Positions 25,682-35,215 of a stretch of 64,000 nucleotides of DNA are shown here, one piece after another; within the stretch, counting starts at the first letter, position 1; the number at the start of each line of letters is the position of its first letter. This DNA is from Chloroflexota bacterium (lineage in GTDB: Bacteria; Chloroflexota; Dehalococcoidia; GIF9; UBA5629). The translations under genes were made by a program, and so were the position numbers. A model generated the notes under the pieces. It was given only the letters and a program-made list of their open reading frames with translations. It was not told the origin of the DNA and did no database searches. The stretch covers positions 6,203 to 70,202 of the forward strand of contig VGOP01000006.1 of assembly GCA_016875875.1 (NCBI GenBank). Direction: 5' to 3'.

Positions 25682-28600
25682 TTAGGATTTAGGACTTCGA
25701 ATTTTAGATTTGGCAGTGCCTTTCGGGCGGGGTGTGGCCAATAGGCGCTTTATCTCCGTGCTCAACTTCTTAACATCAAACGGCTTGTGAATATATGGAA
25801 CTCCTGTCCTGGCAATAAAGGCTTCAGTATCCACCCCTATAACATCACCGGTGATGAAGACTACCCGTTGCGCCAAGGACTCAGCTATCTCCTTAATACG
25901 CTCATACAGCTCGCTACCGCTCATTCCGGGCAACTTGATGTCCAGCAGTATGAGGTTATACCTGTTACTCTTAATCCTATTCAAGGCGTCCTTGCCATCG
26001 TCCGTGGCCTCCACCTCATGCCCCTCCTCAGTCAGAACCTGGCTTAACAGGCGCCTTACCACCGGCTCATCATCCACCACCAGTATCTTGCCTTTAGCTG
26101 CCTTTTTCGGTTCGCGGGCTGGCTTGACTTGCCTGGGACGTTTCTCCTCAGTAACTATGGGCAATTCCACGATGAAGGTAGCCCCCTTGTCCAGCTTGCT
26201 TTCAGCCCATATCCTGCCACCGTGCTCGGTTACTATGCCGTGGCAGATGCTCAAGCCAAGCCCCGTCCCCTTGCCTATCTCTCTGGTGGTAAAGAAGGGG
26301 TCGAATATCCTATCCAGGTTCTCCTCAGCTATACCAAGCCCATCGTCTTTGAATGATATACGGATAGCATTACCTAACTGCTCTGTCTTGATTATGAGCT
26401 TCCCTTTACCACGGGCCAATTTCATCTCCATCTCGGCATTTATAATCAAATTTAGGAACACCTGCTGGAGCTGGCCAGGGTCGGCAAAAGTTAAAGGCAG
26501 GTCGGAAACAAGCTTGGTGGTGACCTTTATATTACTCGTCCCTAACTCATAGGCACGCAGGCGTAAGACAACCTCGATAACCTGGTTAATATCGACAACC
26601 GTACGCTCCGGCCTAGTCTGGCGAGCGAAAGTAAGTAGACCCTTTACAATACCAGCTACTCGCTTAGCCCCGTCATGGATAACCTCTAAATCACTCCTGA
26701 TGTGCTCAGGAACATCTTCTTGCATCAGCAACTCGGAATAACCGATAACGCCGGTAAGCGGGTTATTTATTTCGTGGGCAATGCCGGCTGCCATCTCACC
26801 CACAGAAGCCAGGCGGCTAGCGAGCTGAGCCTTTTGCTCAAATTCCCTCCTCTCCTCTTCAGCCTTTTTTCGTTCACTGATGTCCCGCATGACTCCCAGA
26901 ATACCGATAGCTCGACCAGCCGGGTCACGCATGAAGTTCATTTTCAGCTCTACCCATAAGGTGGAGCCGTCACGACGAAGTATCTCCACTTCCAGTGTCC
27001 GTGACCTGGTCGGGTCCAGTGGTGTGACGTTTGCCATGACCAATTCCTCAGCAAAAGTCTTCATGGCGAGCTCTTGGGAAGACAACGTCAGAAGCTGGCC
27101 AATTGACATTGACATAACCTCTTCAGCGGTGCGGCCTCCAAGATATTTAACAGACGGACTGACATAGATGAACCGTAAATCCATATCCATAGCCCAGATA
27201 ACATCTCTCACGTTTTCAGCCAGCAAGCGGTAACGCACTTCACTTGCCCGCAGTGCCTCTTCAGCTTTTTCCCGCTCAGTGATATCTTCACCAGAGCTAA
27301 GAGTACCAATAATTTTGCCCACTGCATCCTTTAAAATGACATTATGCCAGGCGATGATTCTCTCCCCCCCGTTTCTGTTCAAGACAGGATTCTCAAAATA
27401 CTCAACAGGTTCAACTTCTCCAGCCATCAATTTATTGAAAACCGCTTTTACTTCATCCCTGACTCTTTCGGGAATTAATGTGTCAAACCAATTCTTGCCA
27501 ATTATCTCTTCCTGTTTGTACCCCAAAATCTGGCAACCCTTCCTGTTTATTAAACTAACTCTGCCATCAGCATCGTTGGCTATAAACATAACCCCAGCAA
27601 CATCAAGATACCGTTGTGCCCTATCTTTCTCCTGCTGCAATTGCTCCTCAAACTTCTTGCGCTGTTTCTCCCGCTCTATAGATTCAATGCCGAAAGAGAC
27701 ATTGGCTGCCATACGGTCGAGCAATGTGGCCTCCTGCTCGGTGAAGAAATTCGTCTCAGCAGCATAAAAGCTGAGAGCGCCGATAACCTTAGCCCCGAGC
27801 CGCAACGGAAAAGAGGCACTAGAACGATAGCCACGTTTGGCGGCTTCAACACGCCAGGGATGCATACGCGGGTCCTGCTCCCAATCGTTGCAGATATCAT
27901 ATCTGCCCTCTCGAATAGCAGTGCCCGTGGGACCACGACCATCCGGAACGTCGTCAATAGATATTTTGACCCTCTTTAGATATCTATCCTCAAATCCGTG
28001 ATAGGCAACCGGCTTCACTACATGAGTATCAAGGTCAACTAAGCCAACCCACACCATCCGAAACCCACCATCATCAACAGCAATGCGGCATATCTCCTGA
28101 CAAAGCTTCTCTACCTCGTGAATGCGGACAACGGCTTCATTGGTACTACCCAACACAGCATACAGTCTGCCAAGACGAGCAGCTTTTTCCTCGGCTTGCT
28201 TTCTTACAGTAATGTCGCGGGAATTCACGACAATGCCACGTATAGCAGGATGTTCAAGAAGGTTACGCCCGACCACATCGACAATACGCCATGAACCGTC
28301 TCCATGCTGCCCTCGCACCTCCATATTGACTGTATCCTCGGGATTCCTCAAAATATAATCGAATCTTTCACCAATAAGAGCTATATCATCAGGATGAACA
28401 TTCTTGAAAATATCACTACCAATTTCGTCAATTGGATCGCGTCCCCAGATATTTTTATAGTTAGGACTCTGATATTTCACAGTTCCAAGAGAATCGATAA
28501 TAGCAACGACATCTAACGAATTTTCAATGAGTGCCCGGAAATGTTCTTCACTCTGTCGCAGCATCTGCTCCGCTTGCTTGCGCTCGGTAATGTCCTGATA

Positions 28601-30889
28601 AATAACCTGGAATTGCTTTTCACCATCCCACAGCACTTTTCCGCGGGACACCAATAGATTTCGAACTTGTCCATCTTTACGCACAGTGCTGATCTCGTAA
28701 TTGGGGGAAACATATTCTCCTCGTTTCCTCTTCTCTTTCCTTTCCCTGTGCTCCTCATAGCTCTCAGGAGTGTAACGCTGTCTTCTAGGCACGGCTTCCA
28801 GTTCCTCAAGACTACTGTAGCCATAGATATCGAGCAAAGCCTGGTTGGCGTAAAGCGTCTTTCCATCTTCACTGACAATGCGTATGCCCAAAGGCGAGTT
28901 TTCTATTGAGTCGCGGAAGTTCTGCTCTGAGAGGCGTAGAGATTCTTCAGCCCGCTTGCGCTCAGTAATGTCCAACACTGTGAATGTAACACCTCGGCCA
29001 GGGTCTGCGGGGTCCATGGGCGCGCTGCTCAGGATGACATCGATTACCGTTCCGTCTTTATGCCTGAAACGCGTCTCCACCGTACCGGCTCCCCACTCAG
29101 CGATCTGGCGATACTTTTCCCTCCCAACAAACTCATAGTCCGCATCACTTGCATAAACCATCCGCGCAGACTTGTTAATGAGCTCGTCGCTGGTGTAGCC
29201 GGTCATCTCACAGAATCGCTGATTAACTTCCATCAGCACGCGGTTAACCACCACACCAATACCTATCGGTGCGGCGCGGAAGATGCTCCGCAGCATCTCC
29301 TCTGCCCGCTTGCGCTCGGTGATGTCACGGACAACAGCTTGCATTGCCGGCTTGCCCTGGTAAAACAGAGGAGCTGCCCTCACCTCAACATCAACCTCTG
29401 TGCCATCGAGCTGGACGAATTTTTCTTCGAGAGCGGGAGCCACTATTCCTGTTTCCATTGACTTTCGCATTCGCTCGGCGACAATTTCACAATAGTCCGG
29501 GTGGATTACGTCCATCACTGGTTTGCCGATGATTTGGTCGGGGCTTGATGCGCCAAACAACTTCAATCCGGCACTATTTACGAAGACATGCTTGCCTTCG
29601 CTGGCAACAAAAATGGCCTCGGGAGATAGCTCTACCAGAAAGCGATACCGCTCCTCGCTCTCTCTCAATGCATCCTCCACCTGCTTGCGTTCGGTGATAT
29701 CTCTCTGCATCGAGATAGAGTGGAGCAGCTTCCCCCCTGCATCCCTGACGGCATGAGCGCTTAACAGGACAGTTCGCTCTGCACCTTCTTTGGTGATTAT
29801 GCTTAATTCCTCGTTTTCGAGCTTTCCAGCTTCCTTCCACTTTGCAAATAATCTTCTGGCCTTTGGGCGAGAGCCAGGCACATAGACCATGTCAATAAGC
29901 GGTTTTCCGATGACCTCTTCTTTTGTATAACCAAGCGTCTCCAGGGCAACTTCGTTTATATCCAGAATTTCGCCATCTGGCGAAACTATATAGCAGTACA
30001 CAGGGGCGTCTTCGAAGAATGTCCTGAACCTCTCTTCACTCCTCCGTAGTTCCTCCCCAGCCCGCTTGCGCTCGGTGATGTCCTGACATATCGTCTGAAT
30101 GAACTCCCTATCCCCAATAGTGGTCAGCCTGGCACTCAGAAGAACATCGTAGGGAGTGCCATCTTTACGCCTGAGTTGCGTCGGATAATCAACAACACCA
30201 CCATGTTGCCTGACTTCTTGCAACAACGCCTGTCTATCTGCCTTATTAACATACGTATCAGCCAGATTAATCTTAGTGAACTCCTCAGCCGAGTAGCCGG
30301 TGATGGTCTCCATGGCCTTATTAAGGCTTATCACCTTACCATCAGTCGAGGCAAAACCGATTCCAAACGGGGCATTATCGAATACATGGCGGTACCATAG
30401 CTCACTTTCCTCTAGTGCCTCTTCCAACTTTTTGCGCTCGGTGATATCCTTAACATAAACACAAAGGCCGTCCTTCGTGGGATAAGCACTGATATCAAAA
30501 ACGAAATCTCTGCCACCAATAGCAAAGTTATTAATGAAATGTTGCGCCTCTTTCGTTTTCATCGCCCGTCGGTACGCATCCGCAGCTATTCTGGTGGCTT
30601 CGTCATCCGGGAAAATGTCAGTGAGACGTTTACCCAGCGCGTCTTTAGCTGAGATGCCAGTAAGTTCTTCGCTGGCTTTGTTCCAATACGTGTACCTCAG
30701 CTTTTCGTCCATGGCGAAAAAGACATCGGTGATGCTTTCGGCAATTTCCTTGTATTTCGCCTCGCTTTCCCTCAAAGCTTCTGCCATCTTCTTGCGCTCG
30801 GCTGCTGAGACCTCCAGTTCGGCAATCCGCCGGCGCAATTGCCCCAGCTCATCGATGAGCTGCTCTTTGGTCTTTTTCACGTCCTTCAT
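25682..30889 (-). CDS. hybrid sensor histidine kinase / response regulator with ~10 PAS/PAC domains and a GAF domain (1735 aa, no TM segment apparent)
   Basis: C-terminal part: HisKA 'AAGIAHEINNPLTGV', HATPase 'DDGLGI...GKGTGLGLSI', and receiver 'KILVVDDEPVVRRLL...LILLDIKLPGMSG'. N-terminal ~1300 aa holds many ~120-aa PAS units each followed by 'ITERK(R/Q)AEE' coiled linkers. Confidence 0.85.
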   Translation of the reverse strand: MKDVKKTKEQLIDELGQLRRRIAELEVSAAERKKMAEALRESEAKYKEIAESITDVFFAMDEKLRYTYWNKASEELTGISAKDALGKRLTDIFPDDEATRIAADAYRRAMKTKEAQHFINNFAIGGRDFVFDISAYPTKDGLCVYVKDITERKKLEEALEESELWYRHVFDNAPFGIGFASTDGKVISLNKAMETITGYSAEEFTKINLADTYVNKADRQALLQEVRQHGGVVDYPTQLRRKDGTPYDVLLSARLTTIGDREFIQTICQDITERKRAGEELRRSEERFRTFFEDAPVYCYIVSPDGEILDINEVALETLGYTKEEVIGKPLIDMVYVPGSRPKARRLFAKWKEAGKLENEELSIITKEGAERTVLLSAHAVRDAGGKLLHSISMQRDITERKQVEDALRESEERYRFLVELSPEAIFVASEGKHVFVNSAGLKLFGASSPDQIIGKPVMDVIHPDYCEIVAERMRKSMETGIVAPALEEKFVQLDGTEVDVEVRAAPLFYQGKPAMQAVVRDITERKRAEEMLRSIFRAAPIGIGVVVNRVLMEVNQRFCEMTGYTSDELINKSARMVYASDADYEFVGREKYRQIAEWGAGTVETRFRHKDGTVIDVILSSAPMDPADPGRGVTFTVLDITERKRAEESLRLSEQNFRDSIENSPLGIRIVSEDGKTLYANQALLDIYGYSSLEELEAVPRRQRYTPESYEEHRERKEKRKRGEYVSPNYEISTVRKDGQVRNLLVSRGKVLWDGEKQFQVIYQDITERKQAEQMLRQSEEHFRALIENSLDVVAIIDSLGTVKYQSPNYKNIWGRDPIDEIGSDIFKNVHPDDIALIGERFDYILRNPEDTVNMEVRGQHGDGSWRIVDVVGRNLLEHPAIRGIVVNSRDITVRKQAEEKAARLGRLYAVLGSTNEAVVRIHEVEKLCQEICRIAVDDGGFRMVWVGLVDLDTHVVKPVAYHGFEDRYLKRVKISIDDVPDGRGPTGTAIREGRYDICNDWEQDPRMHPWRVEAAKRGYRSSASFPLRLGAKVIGALSFYAAETNFFTEQEATLLDRMAANVSFGIESIEREKQRKKFEEQLQQEKDRAQRYLDVAGVMFIANDADGRVSLINRKGCQILGYKQEEIIGKNWFDTLIPERVRDEVKAVFNKLMAGEVEPVEYFENPVLNRNGGERIIAWHNVILKDAVGKIIGTLSSGEDITEREKAEEALRASEVRYRLLAENVRDVIWAMDMDLRFIYVSPSVKYLGGRTAEEVMSMSIGQLLTLSSQELAMKTFAEELVMANVTPLDPTRSRTLEVEILRRDGSTLWVELKMNFMRDPAGRAIGILGVMRDISERKKAEEERREFEQKAQLASRLASVGEMAAGIAHEINNPLTGVIGYSELLMQEDVPEHIRSDLEVIHDGAKRVAGIVKGLLTFARQTRPERTVVDINQVIEVVLRLRAYELGTSNIKVTTKLVSDLPLTFADPGQLQQVFLNLIINAEMEMKLARGKGKLIIKTEQLGNAIRISFKDDGLGIAEENLDRIFDPFFTTREIGKGTGLGLSICHGIVTEHGGRIWAESKLDKGATFIVELPIVTEEKRPRQVKPAREPKKAAKGKILVVDDEPVVRRLLSQVLTEEGHEVEATDDGKDALNRIKSNRYNLILLDIKLPGMSGSELYERIKEIAESLAQRVVFITGDVIGVDTEAFIARTGVPYIHKPFDVKKLSTEIKRLLATPRPKGTAKSKIRSPKS

Positions 30890-31009
30890 CTCCCACCTCC
30901 TAAAAATAGATTGGCGTTATTCGTGGTTACAATAGGAAACCTTGTTATACACCTCATTTCTACTATGTTCCACACAATATGTCAAGTCAAGGAGGGTAAA
31001 CGACCATGA

Positions 31010-31032
31010 GATTGCTTCGCTTCGCTCGCAAT
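31010..31032. repeat. partial (solo half) copy of the MITE/REP-like element terminus
   Basis: GATTGCTTCGCTTCGCTCGCAAT, matching the GATTGC..CGCTCGCAATGAC end of copies A-C. Confidence 0.5.
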
Positions 31033-31093
31033 CCCATTTTAAGTTCCCCCTTTGACAAAAAGGGATTAAGGTGAAGGAACCTTCATACAAAAC

Positions 31094-31122
31094 TTGACAA
31101 ATCCCAAGCAAACACTTACAAT
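31094..31122 (+). promoter_or_regulatory. near-consensus sigma70 promoter (-35 TTGACA, 17 nt, -10 TACAAT) driving the T-box leader
   Basis: TTGACA at 31094-31099 and TACAAT at 31117-31122. Confidence 0.6.
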
Positions 31123-31129
31123 ACCTCCC

Positions 31130-31426
31130 AATCTAATACGGCAAAGGCTGTGAACAGGACTAGTAGGTCTTTAAGCGAGGCTACAGAGAGTCAGAGCAGG
31201 TGAAAGCTGACGCCGGCGCAAAAGGTGAATGGACCTGGGAGCCGCAAACCGAAAGGTTGGTCTAACTAACACGAGTAGGCTTTGACGCAAAGGGTAGCGT
31301 TATCATAACCCGGGGTATCGCCCAAGCAATTTAGGGCCGTACCTGAATGAGATGGTCGCTAGACCAACAAGGGTGGCACCGCGAAGTTAAGCCTCTCGCC
31401 CCTTAGGCGAGAGGCTTTCTGTTTTT
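31130..31426 (+). promoter_or_regulatory. T-box riboswitch leader (probable Trp specifier UGG) with an intrinsic terminator at 31389-31426
   Basis: Conserved T-box sequence AGGGTGGCACCGCG at 31370-31383. Terminator AAGCCTCTCGCC-cctta-GGCGAGAGGCTT followed by TCTGTTTTT. Stem-I region has an AGAGAG (GA-motif) stretch and a candidate specifier 'AAUGGA'. Confidence 0.7.
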
Positions 31427-31556
31427 AAAGAGCTTACGAAGGAGGTTTAGGAATGACACCAATATCGTGGATATGGCCCTAGAGGGCCGAGGACAAGTTT
31501 TTAATCAGCCCAAACGCGCTTCTCTATTGCCCAAAAAACTTTAAAAGGAGGAAAAA

Positions 31557-32930
31557 ATGAAAGGAAAAGAAACCAAAATCTTATTAACCGAAAAGGAAAT
31601 GCCGACATCGTGGTACAATATCTTGCCTGACCTGCCCAAGCCATTACCCCCACTGTTGCACCCGGGCACCAAGGAGCCTACAATCCTGCCTCCCCCACTT
31701 TTCCCGAAGGGTTTACAAGACCAGGAGTTCAGCAAAGAGCACTCTATAGAAATCCCCGATGAGGTGCTGGATATCTACAAGCTGTGGCGGCCAACTCCCA
31801 TAATCCGAGCTTATCGCCTGGAGAAAGCGCTGGATACACCAGCTAAAATCTTCTATAAATACGAGGGGGTAAGTCCGGCTGGCAGTCATAAGCTAAACAC
31901 TGCTGTGGCCCAAGCCTACTATGGCAAGAAAGATGGCATCAAGCGCTTCGCTACTGAGACCGGCGCTGGCCAGTGGGGCAGCGCTCTAGCGCTGGGCTGC
32001 GCTTTCTTTGGCCTGGAGCTCAAGGTTTATATGGTCAAGGTGAGCTATAACCAGAAGCCGTACCGTCGTATACTGATGGAGACCTGGGGGGCTAAATGTG
32101 TACCCAGCCCCAGTAAGGACACTGAAATAGGGCGCAAAATCCTGGCTGAAGACCCCAATTCGCCAGGGAGCTTAGCCATCGCCATTAGCGAGGCTATAGA
32201 GGACGCTTTTGGCCGCGAAGATACCTACTACTCCATAGGCAGCGTCATCAACTCCGTTTTGCTACACCAGACCATAATCGGGCAAGAAGCCAAGAAGCAG
32301 ATGGAGAAAGCAGACGTTTATCCTGATATCATCGTCGGCTGTATCGGTGGCGGTAGCAACTTCGCCGGTATGTTCCTGCCCTTCGTCAAGGATAAAATCG
32401 AAGGCAAGCAGCCAAAACTGCGCATCATAAACGTGGAACCGACGGCTTGCCCCAGCGTGACCAAAGGGCCTTATACCTGGGACTTCGGTGATGTATGCGG
32501 AATGGCGCCAATTGCAAAAATGTACACCCTAGGCCATACCTTCATACCACCGGGGATTCATGCCGGCGGGCTTCGCTATCACGGCATGGCACCGATAATC
32601 TGCCACCTCCACAAGCTAGGATTTGTCGAAGCTAAGGCAGTACCCCAGGTGGCAACCTTCCAGGCTGGTGTGCAGTTTGCCAGAACTGAGGGCATCATAC
32701 CAGCGCCAGAACCGAACCATGGCATCAGGGTAGCCATAGATGAGGCCCTGGCTTGCAAGAAGTCTGGTGAGTCCAAGACCATACTCATCGCCCTGAGCGG
32801 ACATGGTCACTTTGACCTAGCGGCTTATGACGAGTTTCTCACCGGAAAGCTGCAGGATTACGACTATCCCGAGGAAAAGGTAAAGGAAGCCTTAGCCCAC
32901 CTGCCCAAGGTAGAGTACGTAGAAGCATAG
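31557..32930 (+). CDS. trpB2: tryptophan synthase beta chain, TrpB2 type (stand-alone, indole-salvage type)
   Basis: '[24 protein letters not shown]...', '[27 protein letters not shown]' (PLP lysine) and the TrpB2-specific N-terminal extension. RBS AAAGGAGG. Confidence 0.85.
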   Translation: MKGKETKILLTEKEMPTSWYNILPDLPKPLPPLLHPGTKEPTILPPPLFPKGLQDQEFSKEHSIEIPDEVLDIYKLWRPTPIIRAYRLEKALDTPAKIFYKYEGVSPAGSHKLNTAVAQAYYGKKDGIKRFATETGAGQWGSALALGCAFFGLELKVYMVKVSYNQKPYRRILMETWGAKCVPSPSKDTEIGRKILAEDPNSPGSLAIAISEAIEDAFGREDTYYSIGSVINSVLLHQTIIGQEAKKQMEKADVYPDIIVGCIGGGSNFAGMFLPFVKDKIEGKQPKLRIINVEPTACPSVTKGPYTWDFGDVCGMAPIAKMYTLGHTFIPPGIHAGGLRYHGMAPIICHLHKLGFVEAKAVPQVATFQAGVQFARTEGIIPAPEPNHGIRVAIDEALACKKSGESKTILIALSGHGHFDLAAYDEFLTGKLQDYDYPEEKVKEALAHLPKVEYVEA

Positions 32931-32949
32931 CATACTTCTAAAGAATTGT

Positions 32950-32995
32950 TCACATCTCCCCCTCCTCCAATCCTCACTGGTGGAGGGAGATGTGA
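32950..32995 (+). terminator. strong hairpin after trpB2 (11-bp stem TCACATCTCCC/GGGAGATGTGA) without a clear U-tract
   Basis: TCACATCTCCCCCTCCTCCAATCCTCACTGGTGGAGGGAGATGTGA. It is followed by an AT-rich inverted repeat AATTCTAAATCCTAAGCACCAAAT ... ATTTGGTTAGGATTCTGAATT between the convergent genes. Confidence 0.3.
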
Positions 32996-33109
32996 ATCCA
33001 AAATTCTAAATCCTAAGCACCAAATCACAAATAAATTCAAATATCTAAACTCAAAATTTCAATTTGGTTAGGATTCTGAATTTGGCGGGGACGTGATAAG
33101 GGTGCTGGG

Positions 33110-33883
33110 CTAGAGGGTGATCTTCATATCTTCGTAGCCAATATCTATACCGATTCCCAACTGTTGAGCTATCTCTTTAACTTCCTGCTCAACTTCCTTC
33201 TGAAACTGGGGCGGAATATGAATAACGACAACACGCGGTAAATATCCCTTCGTTTCACGGAACTGTATAAGTTCGTCTTTGAGAAGCCCGGCTGACAGAT
33301 GTCCGACGCTTCTAAGAAAGTCTTGAGTCTTGTTGATGCCGGAGACCTCAATCATGAGCAACTGTGGCGATACGTGCTGCCAACAAGCTGCCAACCCCGG
33401 CCCGGTATCACCAGTGTAGAACAAGCTTTTGCCATTCTTAAATGTGACCTGAAATCCGAGGGAAGGCACTGCATGCTGTACTGGTACAGGCAACACATCA
33501 TAGCCCTGAATATTCTGCCCCTGAAACGGCTCAATAACCTTCAGCCTGAGAAAAGGTTTCTCCTTAGATGGCCATTTAGAAAAGTCGGCGTACATCTTGC
33601 CGTCGAGAAGACAGGAATTAACGATGTCTAGAGTATGGCTCAAGGCATAGATATCGACCGACGACAGGAACGTAGCACCGTTAGCTCCCAGAGTGACCAA
33701 ATCCCGGCTATGATCGAAGTGATGATGAGTAAGTAGAACCGCCCTCACCTTCTGCTGTTCTGACAGCGAGAGGCTCGAGGTAAGACCACCAGCATCCAAA
33801 GCTAAGATACCGTCGATGAGAAAGGATACCATCCGCTGTCCTTCAGCCTCACTACTATGAGCACCCAGAATTCGTACCTCCAT
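33110..33883 (-). CDS. MBL-fold metallo-hydrolase
   Basis: 'VLLTHHHFDHSRDLV' HxHxDH motif. Start assigned to ATG at 33881-33883 ('MEVRILGAHSS') with GGAGG 7 nt upstream. The track ORF extends to 34045. Confidence 0.75.
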   Translation of the reverse strand: MEVRILGAHSSEAEGQRMVSFLIDGILALDAGGLTSSLSLSEQQKVRAVLLTHHHFDHSRDLVTLGANGATFLSSVDIYALSHTLDIVNSCLLDGKMYADFSKWPSKEKPFLRLKVIEPFQGQNIQGYDVLPVPVQHAVPSLGFQVTFKNGKSLFYTGDTGPGLAACWQHVSPQLLMIEVSGINKTQDFLRSVGHLSAGLLKDELIQFRETKGYLPRVVVIHIPPQFQKEVEQEVKEIAQQLGIGIDIGYEDMKITL

Positions 33884-34062
33884 TTTTCGCGCCTCCGACT
33901 TACAGATTTGCCTTGAGCCCGAGCAACTGTTGCACAGGTCTATTAACTTGTTAGCCAACCACACATTATGACCAAGCCAGCTATAAGAATCAAGTTTGTT
34001 TTTGCCACAAATAAAGCTCTGTGATAAAATTTGGCACACTTTCAATCGCAGGGAGACTATGA

Positions 34063-35190
34063 ATGAAATATATCCTTATTGCCCTTTTGGTGTTAAGCTT
34101 GGTAATAAGCACAGCCGGTTGCTTAGTGCCTCTGCCCATCAATCCAGCACCATCAACACCGAAGGCTGAACCGCCGGCCACTTACACACCCGGGCCACCA
34201 ATAGACACCGGTTGGACACCACCTAGCACAACAACCGAGGCTCCAACACTGCCCAGCATTGCCGACGTAGTAGAGGAAGTTTACCCGTCGGTGGTAGCCA
34301 TAAGCACTGAAGTCGTGACTCTGGATATCTTCCGCACGCCACAGACGCAGAAAGGCGCTGGTTCAGGCTGGATTATAGACAAAGACGGCATCATCGTGAC
34401 CAATAACCATGTGGTCGAAGGAGCCAAGAAGGTAACAGTAGAATTGAGCGATGGCAGAACCTTTGAGGCAACCCCCAAAAACGTACATACAGACCAGTTA
34501 ACAGACCTAGCAGTCATTAAAATCGATGCTACCAACCTTCCAGCCGCCAGTGTGGGCGCCTCTACACGGCTCAGAGTTGGAGATTGGGTAGTAGCCATCG
34601 GCAATCCCCTAGGCCAGGGAATAAGAGCTAAAGAAGGCACTGTCAGTGGCCTGAAAGTGTCTTTAGATGTAGACCAAGGTCAGACTCTGGATGACCTTAT
34701 TGAAACCTCGGCGGCCATTAACCCAGGTAACAGCGGCGGGCCTTTGGTTAATATGAAGGGAGAGGTCATCGGCATCACCAGCGCCAAAATCGCTGCAGTT
34801 GGAGTTGAAGGCCTAGGATATGCCATAAGCACCAAAGCTGCCATACCAATCATTGAGCAGTTGATCAAACAGGGTTACGTGACCCGTCCCTGGCTTGGAG
34901 TCACCCTGTATACCGTTGACCAATATGTCGCCATGGTAAACCGTTTACCCGTCAGCAAAGGCGTGGTTGTTGCCTATGTAAAGCCAGGCAGTCCAGCAGC
35001 AAAGGCAGGTTTGCAACAGCTTGATGTAATCATTCGCTTCAAAGACAAAGAGGTAACTACGGCTGAGGAACTAATAAGCGCCATACACGATTCAAAAGTT
35101 GGAGATGAAGTCGAGATAACCTTCGTCAGAGGTCAAGATACAAATACAACCTCTGCCCACTTGATACAAAGTCCGTCACCGGGCAGCTAG
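34063..35190 (+). CDS. HtrA/DegP-family trypsin-like serine protease with a PDZ domain, lipoprotein signal
   Basis: Signal/lipobox 'LVISTAGC'; catalytic triad context 'VTNNHVV', 'DLAVIKID', 'GNSGGPLVN'; C-terminal PDZ 'GVVVAYVKPGSPAAKAGLQQLDVII'. Confidence 0.85.
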   Translation: MKYILIALLVLSLVISTAGCLVPLPINPAPSTPKAEPPATYTPGPPIDTGWTPPSTTTEAPTLPSIADVVEEVYPSVVAISTEVVTLDIFRTPQTQKGAGSGWIIDKDGIIVTNNHVVEGAKKVTVELSDGRTFEATPKNVHTDQLTDLAVIKIDATNLPAASVGASTRLRVGDWVVAIGNPLGQGIRAKEGTVSGLKVSLDVDQGQTLDDLIETSAAINPGNSGGPLVNMKGEVIGITSAKIAAVGVEGLGYAISTKAAIPIIEQLIKQGYVTRPWLGVTLYTVDQYVAMVNRLPVSKGVVVAYVKPGSPAAKAGLQQLDVIIRFKDKEVTTAEELISAIHDSKVGDEVEITFVRGQDTNTTSAHLIQSPSPGS

Positions 35191-35215
35191 AACGACTAAC
35201 TCCTACAACAGCCTC

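Noticed and set aside
25787-30935. Numerous 60-230-aa ORFs on the plus strand (e.g. 25851-26552, 27279-27767)
   Set aside because: All are antisense to the 1735-aa histidine kinase CDS. They are low-complexity translations typical of shadow frames.
30917-31111. 64-aa minus-strand ORF upstream of the T-box
   Set aside because: It overlaps the promoter and a partial repeat copy, and no coding features are apparent.
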